Shown in pieces: positions 9,009 through 15,556 of a stretch of 64,000 nucleotides of DNA. This DNA comes from a virus. The notes under the pieces were generated by a model. It saw nothing but the letters and a program-made list of their open reading frames with translations, was not told the DNA's origin and did not search any database. Position numbers and translations under genes: made by a program. The stretch is from positions 7,081 through 71,080 of the IMG/VR virus record IMGVR_UViG_3300003322_000796, one strand, 5' to 3'. Each line of letters begins with the position of its first letter. The first letter of the stretch is position 1.

Positions 9009-9037
9009 CGAGACGTTCCCGCCAGAGAGGGGCACCC

Positions 9038-10078
9038 ATGCCCAGGAAAGACCCGTACGGCGACCGGATGAAGGCGTACGAGCTGGTCACCAGGCTCACG
9101 CTGCCGCGCCGTACGTACACGATCGTCCGGGTGGACGGCAGGGCCTTCCACACTTACCTGAGGGGCGCCGAGAAGCCCTTCGACGCGGGTGTCATGGACG
9201 CCATGCAGGAGGTCGCCAAGGAGCTGTGCATGCAGATCTCCGGCGCCCGGTTCGCCTTCCAGCAGTCCGACGAGGTCTCGGTGCTGCTGACCGACCTGGA
9301 GCCCAAGACCGAGCCCTGGTTCGACGGCCAGGTCCAGAAGATCTCCTCGGTGGCGGCCTCGATCGCCACCATGGCCTTCAACCGGCACCACCCCGGCTTC
9401 CACGGGCCTGAGCGCTCGGCCCAGTTCGACGGCCGGGTCTACACGATCCCGGACCGCACCGAGGTGATCAATTACTTCCGGTGGCGCCAGGAGGACGCGA
9501 TCCGCAACGCGGTCTCCATGGCCGCTCAGGCCAACTTCCCGCACAAGTCCCTGCACGGACTGGACGCCGCCCAGCTCCAGGAGAAGCTCTTCCAGGAGAA
9601 GGGGATCAATTTTAAAAAGGAGTATCCCGACACTGCCCGCCGGGGAGCGCTCATCCACAAGGCGCTGTACTTCGTGGACGTCCCCAAGGAGCACCAGGAG
9701 AAGCACGGCAGGCCTCCGCGCGAGGTCCGGACCGAGTGGAGGGCCAAGGCGGCTCCGGAGTTCGGCTTGTACGACAGCGCGGCCGTGGCGAACCTCTTCC
9801 CCGGCTCCTCACCGGGTGCCGTGCCGGATGACATGGTCCAGATGTTCGGCTACGTGCTGGGCAGCGCCCTCATGAACACGGCTACCGACCCCGCCGGTGC
9901 CTTGTGGACGGCCAAGCAGATCCAGGAGTCCATGGGGGACCACATGTTCCGCGCCTGGATGATCGGCATGAACCCCTTCCTGGACGACCGGACCCCGCTG
10001 CTGGAGCTGCTCGACGGCAACATCACGGGCGTCGTCGCGGCGCACAAGGCCTACCTGAGGGGAGATGCGACCTCGTGA
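9038..10078 (+). CDS. thg1: Thg1-like tRNA-His guanylyltransferase (3'-5' polymerase) with a C-terminal extension
   Basis: RVDGRAFHTY, QSDEVSVLL, FDGRV, YFRWRQEDAIRNAVSM motifs; about 90 extra C-terminal residues. Confidence 0.93.
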   Translation: MPRKDPYGDRMKAYELVTRLTLPRRTYTIVRVDGRAFHTYLRGAEKPFDAGVMDAMQEVAKELCMQISGARFAFQQSDEVSVLLTDLEPKTEPWFDGQVQKISSVAASIATMAFNRHHPGFHGPERSAQFDGRVYTIPDRTEVINYFRWRQEDAIRNAVSMAAQANFPHKSLHGLDAAQLQEKLFQEKGINFKKEYPDTARRGALIHKALYFVDVPKEHQEKHGRPPREVRTEWRAKAAPEFGLYDSAAVANLFPGSSPGAVPDDMVQMFGYVLGSALMNTATDPAGALWTAKQIQESMGDHMFRAWMIGMNPFLDDRTPLLELLDGNITGVVAAHKAYLRGDATS

Positions 10079-10887
10079 GCATCCACGACGCCCGGGAGGC
10101 GTTCGCCGAGACGCGCGAGCGCTTCCTGCGGGAGACCGCCGGGCACGAGATCGAGGTCCTGATGGACCTCTCCCAGGACGAGGAGAACCCGCAGCTCTAC
10201 CGGCACCTGCGCTTCCGCAGCAAGTCCTCCGGCGGCTACTGGTTCGACATCATCACCACGCCGGGCAATCTGTTCTTCCGGGGCGACGGCGAGTCCTTCA
10301 CCTTCTCGGCGAACACGGACGACCAGCTCAAGCTCTTCCGGGGGCGCCAGTGGCGCGGCAAGTACATGGACGTCTCGTACTGCCGGGAGAAGCTCACCTC
10401 CAACCGCGAGTGCGTCATCCACTACCAGGAGGAGCTGTTCGAGAAGGCCGTGCGCGAGCAGGTGGAGCACGCAATCGAGCAGGAGATCATCCCCGAGGAG
10501 CACGTGGAGCGCCTCTGGGAGGAGCTGAAGAACGAGATCTTCGAGTCCGGGTACCCCTGCGACGAGAAGGGCGCGGTCCAGTGCCTGGAGGACTTCAAGT
10601 TCTACTTCGACCCCTCCAAGGAGTTCGACTACCGGCACAAGCCGGACTTCGACTTCGAGGAGTGGTGGGAGTGGTTCGAGCAGTCCAAGGGGTACGACTG
10701 GTGGTTCCTGTGGGCCCTGTGCGCCATCTGCTGGGGCATCGAGCAGTACGACGCCCTGGTGGGCACCAGAGCCCAGAACACGGCCCAGCAGGGCCGTAAC
10801 GCCGCTGAGATCGGCCAGAACGCCACGGTCGGCCGCAATGCCACCTGGGGCAAGAACACGGCCCGCGAGGGCGTGATCCTCGGGTGA
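10075..10887 (+). CDS. conserved phage hypothetical protein
   Basis: LYRHLRF...YWFDIIT.PG.L.F.GD and WALCAICWGIEQYD patterns typical of a widespread phage family; start GTG 10075. Confidence 0.8.
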   Translation: MSIHDAREAFAETRERFLRETAGHEIEVLMDLSQDEENPQLYRHLRFRSKSSGGYWFDIITTPGNLFFRGDGESFTFSANTDDQLKLFRGRQWRGKYMDVSYCREKLTSNRECVIHYQEELFEKAVREQVEHAIEQEIIPEEHVERLWEELKNEIFESGYPCDEKGAVQCLEDFKFYFDPSKEFDYRHKPDFDFEEWWEWFEQSKGYDWWFLWALCAICWGIEQYDALVGTRAQNTAQQGRNAAEIGQNATVGRNATWGKNTAREGVILG

Positions 10888-11435
10888 TGGAGCACCCCAT
10901 CAAGGACGAGCGTCCGGATCTCGACGAGGTCTGGCCGCTTGTGCCGGACCGTGAGGTCGCCAAGTTCCTGCTGAGCCGGATCGTGGACGACCCCAGGACG
11001 GCTCAGAACGTCTGGAACGCCGTTGTGAGGCCCTTGTACGACCTCCGGGAGGTCTCATCCCGCTGGCCCCGTGGGAGGTGCTCCTGCGGAGCTGTGCACC
11101 CCGGCATGCGCCACATGTACCCGGGCCTGCGCTCGGAGGCGAGCCGGGGCCACCGGATGTGGTGCCTCTGGTACGTCGGCCCGATTCATCACGCTGCGCG
11201 CCGCGAGAGTACGGGCTTCGCCTCGGGCGAGCCGATGATCGACTGCGCCTGTGGTGAGCGCTACTACAAGTGGGCCGACGACGACTGGACCCGGCGCAAC
11301 GTCTGCCCCGATTTCCTGTTCATCTGGAAGGGGGAGGAGGTGACCATGAGCACCGAGAAAGACGAGAAGCGGCCCGGCGAGGGAGGCGACGAGAAGCTCC
11401 CCGACGGAGGGCCGCCTCCGGGTGGCAATCGCTGA
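10884..11435 (+). CDS. hypothetical protein with CxC/His motifs
   Basis: 183 aa; coupled to the upstream stop. Confidence 0.75.
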   Translation: MMEHPIKDERPDLDEVWPLVPDREVAKFLLSRIVDDPRTAQNVWNAVVRPLYDLREVSSRWPRGRCSCGAVHPGMRHMYPGLRSEASRGHRMWCLWYVGPIHHAARRESTGFASGEPMIDCACGERYYKWADDDWTRRNVCPDFLFIWKGEEVTMSTEKDEKRPGEGGDEKLPDGGPPPGGNR

Positions 11436-11484
11436 AGGAGCTGTAGTACAGTGAGGCGCTCCAGTAGTTGAGGAGTTACTCGCA

Positions 11485-11640
11485 GTGAAGCACGCAGGAC
11501 CCAGTGACCCGGGCGACGACTTCGACGCCTTGTACCGAGAGACAGCCGCCCGGGTGACGGCAGCGGGAGGGACACCCCTCCCGAACGACACCGCCAGCAC
11601 TGACAAGACCGACGAGTCCGAGGAGGACACCGATGGCTGA
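11485..11640 (+). CDS. small acidic protein (51 aa), not in the ORF track
   Basis: GAGGAG RBS, GTG start; overlaps the next ORF by 8 nt. Confidence 0.5.
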   Translation: MKHAGPSDPGDDFDALYRETAARVTAAGGTPLPNDTASTDKTDESEEDTDG

Positions 11641-11791
11641 GACACCGGAGCAGAAGGCCGAGAGCCTGAACAAGCAGTTCGAGGAGTCGAGGGCGCGGGC
11701 CGAGGCCCGTCCCCAGGGCCAGCCCGCCAAGCTCCCCGACAACCCGAGGACCGGCTCGGACGACCCGGACGACGACCCCGCCGGTCAGTGA
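11633..11791 (+). CDS. small acidic protein (52 aa), not in the ORF track
   Basis: GAGGAGG RBS; GC3-rich codons; ends just before the terminator. Confidence 0.6.
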   Translation: MAETPEQKAESLNKQFEESRARAEARPQGQPAKLPDNPRTGSDDPDDDPAGQ

Positions 11792-11798
11792 CACACAC

Positions 11799-11832
11799 GA
11801 AGGCCCCCTCTACCGCCGTGGAGGGGGCCTTC
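11799..11832. terminator. bidirectional terminator between convergent genes
   Basis: GAAGGCCCCCTC...GAGGGGGCCTTC. Confidence 0.8.
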
Positions 11833-11870
11833 GCCTTGCCGTTCACCCTGATGGTATCAAGGGCTGTCTC

Positions 11871-13589
11871 TCAGAACGGCCAGTCGCCGTTCCCGCGCTC
11901 CAGCAGGCTCATCATGCGGAAGACCTGGTCGGAGAAGCCGGAGATCTCGTACCGGTTCGGCTTCGACAGGTCGAAGCCCGTCGTCGCGTACCCGACACCG
12001 CCGACGCCGTACATGACCACATCCTCCGGAACGGCCGTGGAGACCGCCGTGGTGTCGCGGGGAACACTCCGGTCCGCGTACCAGACGCTCTGGTTGCGCT
12101 GCCAGTTGTAGTCCGCGAAGGCCTGCATGTCCGTGACGATGATGACCCGGCTGAACTCCGGCCGCCACAGCTTCTTCAGGGCCATGACGGTCTCCGTGCC
12201 CCCGCCCACCTCACCGATGCGCTGGACGAACGACTCGATCGCCCTGAGCACCGAACCACCCCGGGGGAGCTTGTGCTCGAAGGTGCGGTCGGCGAAGCCG
12301 TACAGCTCGGTGTGATCGCCCGCCTTGGCCATGGCCACCGCGAACAGGGCTGCGACGTCCGCGTAGTGGACTCTGGACTTCCCGCTGACGGGAGAGCGCA
12401 TGGACATGGAGGTGTCCGCGAGGACCAGCGTCGAGCCCGGCAGGTGCGGCAGGTTGCTCAGGGATGCGTCCAGGGCGTCCGAGAGGCACTCGCCCCACCA
12501 GTCGCTCTGTACGGCCCTGTACGCGCTCAGGAAGCGGTAGGGCATCTGGCGGGACCGCATGACCTCCGTCGGGTCGCTCAGGCGCTCCTGGACCCGCTTG
12601 CGGGCCGTCTTGGAGATCCCGGCCTTCTCGAAGTTCGCCAGGTTGCGGAGCATGGCCATGTAGCCCAGGGCGCCGCTGAAGATCAGCTTCTCCCAGAAGG
12701 CCGCGTCCAGCGGTCCCTGGAGCCAGCCGGAGAGCTGCTCCCAGGTGATCCCGGCCGCCTTGAGCTTCTCGGACGAGGTGGGCTCGTCCAGGAACGCGCG
12801 CCGCTCGCCGACCGGGATGGCCATGATCTCCTTGCGCCGCTGGAGCATGACCAGCTCGGAGGGAATCTCCGCCTTGCGGTTGTGGCGCTCGTTCAGGGCG
12901 TGCCGGTACAGGGCACCCTGCTTGGCGTCCTTGGGCGCAGGGTGCGTCAGCTCCACCACGTCGGCCAGCGAGTAGCCCTCCTCCACACGCCCGTACTTCT
13001 GGTAGGCGTACTCGTCGAAGAGATCGTTCAGGGCGAGCTGGAGGCCGCGCTTGACCGCCATCGGCAGCACCGGCGCGGAGTAGCGGCCCGGCTTGATCTC
13101 CCGGACGTTGCCCCAATTCGAGGCCCAGTAGGCGAGAAACTCGCCCGGCTCGTCCGCACGGGCCATGACCTGCGGGACGAAGTCCTTGTTGCCGACCTGG
13201 ATCGTGTCGCCGATCCAGGAGCGCTCGACCTCGAACGGGTCGGTGAGACCGGCCTCCAGCCGGGCCTTGAGGGCCTCGGCACCGCCCACCAGGGCAGCGG
13301 AGCGCATGTTCGCCTTGTTCCGCAGCCATCCCAGGAAGCGGTAGAGCCACGCGGGCTCGGTGACGGCGACCTGGCGGATCAGGTCCGCGTAGCGGCTGTC
13401 CCGGTCTTCGGCCGACTCGTAGAAGGTGGACTCGCCCACCATGTTCACGACGGCGAGGTTGAACAGCTCGGAGCGGACGTCACGGGTATATCCCGCGCCG
13501 CCCTCGTACGTGGTGGCCGTGGCCACCGTGGTCTGGACGCTGACCGGTCCGGACCTGAGGGCCGCCCTGGACCCCTGGAACTTGGACAT
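11871..13589 (-). CDS. rsr: Ro60 ortholog (TROVE plus vWA domain RNA-binding protein)
   Basis: TYEGG.GY.RD.RSELF N-terminus; W..L......GYMAMLRNL.NF; SRQMPYRFLSAY; vWA MIDAS DTSMS; adjacent Y-like RNAs. Confidence 0.95.
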   Translation of the reverse strand: MSKFQGSRAALRSGPVSVQTTVATATTYEGGAGYTRDVRSELFNLAVVNMVGESTFYESAEDRDSRYADLIRQVAVTEPAWLYRFLGWLRNKANMRSAALVGGAEALKARLEAGLTDPFEVERSWIGDTIQVGNKDFVPQVMARADEPGEFLAYWASNWGNVREIKPGRYSAPVLPMAVKRGLQLALNDLFDEYAYQKYGRVEEGYSLADVVELTHPAPKDAKQGALYRHALNERHNRKAEIPSELVMLQRRKEIMAIPVGERRAFLDEPTSSEKLKAAGITWEQLSGWLQGPLDAAFWEKLIFSGALGYMAMLRNLANFEKAGISKTARKRVQERLSDPTEVMRSRQMPYRFLSAYRAVQSDWWGECLSDALDASLSNLPHLPGSTLVLADTSMSMRSPVSGKSRVHYADVAALFAVAMAKAGDHTELYGFADRTFEHKLPRGGSVLRAIESFVQRIGEVGGGTETVMALKKLWRPEFSRVIIVTDMQAFADYNWQRNQSVWYADRSVPRDTTAVSTAVPEDVVMYGVGGVGYATTGFDLSKPNRYEISGFSDQVFRMMSLLERGNGDWPF

Positions 13590-13593
13590 GCGA

Positions 13594-13623
13594 AAGCCCC
13601 TCTCTGGCGGGCAGGAGGGGCTT
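13594..13623 (-). promoter_or_regulatory. hairpin between the Y-RNA array and rsr that contains the rsr Shine-Dalgarno
   Basis: Minus strand AAGCCCCTC-loop-GAGGGGCTTTCGC-ATG. Confidence 0.55.
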
Positions 13624-13630
13624 GGCGGTG

Positions 13631-13776
13631 TGGCTGAGAACTGAGTTGACGGAGACGTTTCTAAAAGGCCTGCGCTCTACCGGACTGAGCTACCTCGCGA
13701 AGAGTCACGAGGGCTGGATTTGAACCAGCGACTTCAGGCTCCCGGGTTGAAGTAATCCCTGTCTTCGCATCAGCCA
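13631..13776 (-). ncRNA. YrlA-like Y RNA with a circularly permuted tRNA domain (module A)
   Basis: Terminal stem UGGCUGA/UCAGCCA; GAUGCGAA...CAGUUCUC motif; T arm GCUGG-UUCAAAU-CCAGC, looped acceptor stem CCUCGUGA/UCGCGAGG, D arm GCUC-AGUCCGGUA-GAGC. Confidence 0.88.
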
Positions 13777-13787
13777 CGGAGCAAGAC

Positions 13788-13860
13788 CCTCCCGTGAACT
13801 GGTGGTGGCGCAGGTGTTTTCGGTATGGAACGAAGTATCCCGCGCCTTCGCATCGGGAGG
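13788..13860 (-). ncRNA. minimal Y-like RNA without a tRNA domain (module B)
   Basis: Stem CCUCCCG/CGGGAGG enclosing GAUGCGAA...GGGAUACUUC...CAGUUCAC. Confidence 0.75.
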
Positions 13861-13883
13861 ATGCGTATGCGCTGTCGTAGCGC

Positions 13884-14047
13884 TGGGAGATGCTCGTGGA
13901 CTGGGTAGGTCAGGAGACCGTGCCCGGTAGCCCCCAGGCTGTGTCGAAGACACTGGGCCCCGAAGAGCCCATGAGGAGTCGAACCTCTGGTGATTTGTTT
14001 TCGAGACAAATTGAAGGAGCCCGACCATTTGCATCGAGCATCTTCCA
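13884..14047 (-). ncRNA. Y-like RNA with a divergent tRNA-like domain (module C)
   Basis: 12-bp terminal stem; GAUGCAAA...GGGCUCCUUC...CAGUCCAC; T arm GAGG-UUCGACU-CCUC; UUCG-capped acceptor; D arm replaced by a GUGUC/GACAC hairpin. Confidence 0.75.
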
Positions 14048-14076
14048 CCACTACGACATTCGGAATATGCGGGTTC

Positions 14077-14220
14077 GAGAACCTTGCGAGAACTGAGTCG
14101 CGCAGGACACGAGGCCGTTGCTCTACCACCTGAGCTACACCGGGTCAGGCCCGGTGAATGGATTCGAACCACTGACAGACGGATTAAGAAGGAACCCGCA
14201 CATTCGCATCGCAGGCTCTC
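14077..14220 (-). ncRNA. YrlA-like Y RNA with a circularly permuted tRNA domain (module D)
   Basis: GAUGCGAA...GGGUUCCUUC...CAGUUCUC; T arm GUGG-UUCGAAU-CCAU, acceptor CACCGGG/CCCGGUG, D arm GCUC-AGGUGGUA-GAGC. Confidence 0.88.
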
Positions 14221-14250
14221 GATCCCGCACATTCCGCGATATGGAGTTGT

Positions 14251-14328
14251 CAAGGGCCGAGAACTCGTTGGTGGAGGTGTCTTGTCCAATCCTCAATTGA
14301 AGGAACCCCCGCCGTTCGCATCGGCTTG
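14251..14328 (-). ncRNA. minimal Y-like RNA without a tRNA domain (module E)
   Basis: Stem CAAG-CCGA/UCGG-CUUG enclosing GAUGCGAA...GGGUUCCUUC...GAGUUCUC. Confidence 0.75.
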
Positions 14329-14334
14329 ATCCCC

Positions 14335-14364
14335 ATCATGCACTACCAACCAACCCTGGAGCAA
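14335..14364 (-). promoter_or_regulatory. candidate promoter for the Y-RNA/rsr transcript
   Basis: Minus strand TTGCTC-N18-CATGAT; predicted start about 14328, matching the 5' end of module E; contains CTCCAGGG. Confidence 0.55.
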
Positions 14365-14417
14365 CCAAGTAAGGTGTCTGGGGCCGCCGACTGCATATGC
14401 CACCCTCTCCAGGGATC

Positions 14418-14446
14418 TTGCACTCCAAGGATTCTGTGCGTAGCGT
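14418..14446 (+). promoter_or_regulatory. early-type promoter divergent from the Y-RNA promoter
   Basis: TTGCAC-N17-TAGCGT with a CTCCAAGGATTCT spacer. Confidence 0.6.
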
Positions 14447-14482
14447 CAGAGTGACCTTCCCTGTACACCGGAGGTCATCCCA

Positions 14483-14671
14483 GTGGACGACATGCTCGGC
14501 GTTCTGCTCAAGACCGTGGACCGGCTCCTGATTGCTCAGGGGGCTGACCCGACGATCGTTCCCGACACCGACAAGATCTTCATCGCGGCTGAGCACGTAG
14601 AGGTGGTCGCGACGAATCTGACTCCCCAGGAGGTAGCCCGTGGCGCTGTGTCTCGCCCCGAACCCGTCTGA
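14483..14671 (+). CDS. small hypothetical protein
   Basis: GGAGG RBS; 62 aa. Confidence 0.6.
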   Translation: MDDMLGVLLKTVDRLLIAQGADPTIVPDTDKIFIAAEHVEVVATNLTPQEVARGAVSRPEPV

Positions 14672-14843
14672 CTCCGCCGTACTGTGCGACAAGCAGCAGC
14701 CCTGTTACGGCTTCCACGCCAATGCGACGGCCTCGCAGAGCTGGCCCGGCAATCCTCTGCCGGAGAGGGCCCCGCAGACCCCCAAGGGCGGCAAGAGCCG
14801 TAAGGCCGCCCTCGCGCTGATCGCCGACCGCGCCCAGCGCTGA
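14640..14843 (+). CDS. small Cys/His protein
   Basis: GGAGG RBS; C-x11-C-x5-C-x3-H; basic C-terminus. Confidence 0.65.
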   Translation: MALCLAPNPSDSAVLCDKQQPCYGFHANATASQSWPGNPLPERAPQTPKGGKSRKAALALIADRAQR

Positions 14844-14868
14844 TCCGCCAGAGAGGATTTTAAAAACC

Positions 14869-15444
14869 GTGCTCGCCGACTTCGAGATCCGCAAGGCCAA
14901 CGACGACGGCCTGATCACCATCGAGCCGTGGGCGGAGGAGCGCCTCCAGCCTGTCTCGTACGACCTGACGCTCGACTCCTGTGCCCGCTTCGCCCCGCAC
15001 CCCGAGCGTGTGGGCCTGATCGACCCCAAGGGCCTGTCGACGCGCTCCGACGCGATCCAGACCAACCAGGGCGTCGACTACATGGACAAGGGGGCCATCC
15101 CCTCCACCGGCTACACCCTCAAGCCGGGGGAGTTCCTCCTGGCGTGCACCCAAGAGGAGGTGACCCTCTCTCCGCACATCGCCGCGAGGGTGGAGGGCAA
15201 GTCCTCTCTCGGCCGCCTGGGAGTACAGGTCCACATCACCGCAGGGTTCATCGATCCCGGCTTCGGCGGCCAGATCACCCTGGAGATCGCCAATGTGGCC
15301 CCCTGGGCCGTGATGCTCTACCCCGGGATGCCGATCGCCCAGATCGTCTTCGAGCCCGTGAGTGCCCCCGAGCGGGACTACACCATCACGGGCCGCTACT
15401 GCGGCCAGCGGGGGCCGACCGAGAGCCGCTACACGCTCGCGTAA
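14869..15444 (+). CDS. dcd: dCTP deaminase (dUTPase superfamily)
   Basis: QPVSYDL, EGKSSLGRLG, TAGFIDPGF.GQITLE, GMPIAQ motifs. Confidence 0.95.
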   Translation: MLADFEIRKANDDGLITIEPWAEERLQPVSYDLTLDSCARFAPHPERVGLIDPKGLSTRSDAIQTNQGVDYMDKGAIPSTGYTLKPGEFLLACTQEEVTLSPHIAARVEGKSSLGRLGVQVHITAGFIDPGFGGQITLEIANVAPWAVMLYPGMPIAQIVFEPVSAPERDYTITGRYCGQRGPTESRYTLA

Positions 15445-15472
15445 GCTCTCCAGGAACAGGTTGGGCCCTGGG

Positions 15473-15507
15473 AGCCCCTCACCGCACGGCAGGAGCGGAG
15501 AGGGGCT
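15473..15507 (+). terminator. terminator at the early/virion boundary
   Basis: AGCCCCTC...GAGGGGCT followed by TCTT. Confidence 0.6.
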
Positions 15508-15512
15508 TCTTG

Positions 15513-15546
15513 CTGTCCTGTAGGCCCTGTTCCCGGCGAAGGGGTG
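15513..15546 (+). promoter_or_regulatory. bipartite late-promoter-like motif, copy 1
   Basis: CTGTCC-N20-AAGGGGTG. Confidence 0.75.
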
Positions 15547-15556
15547 GAGGGAGCGC

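Noticed and set aside
11455-11475. CTCCAGTAGTTGAGGAG as another CTCCA-N8-TGGAG operator
   Set aside because: Spacing is one base short, the right arm is imperfect and it doubles as the RBS of the 11485 ORF
12211-13637. Alternative ORFs overlapping rsr (12211-13350 minus, 12273-13637 plus)
   Set aside because: Off-frame or antisense shadows of the TROVE gene with no recognisable content
13631-14220. tRNA genes suggested by T-loop and D-loop motifs upstream of rsr
   Set aside because: Arms are in permuted order, the acceptor stem is closed by a loop, and there is no anticodon loop or free 3' end; called Y-like RNAs instead
13631-14328. CRISPR array suggested by repeated motifs
   Set aside because: Repeats are short, degenerate and bipartite, with structured interiors of 70-165 nt; no cas genes in the window
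13705-14329. ORFs across the Y-RNA array (13705-14289, 13770-14129, 13890-14096, 14084-14329)
   Set aside because: Atypical codon use and no RBS; the region is explained by structured RNAs
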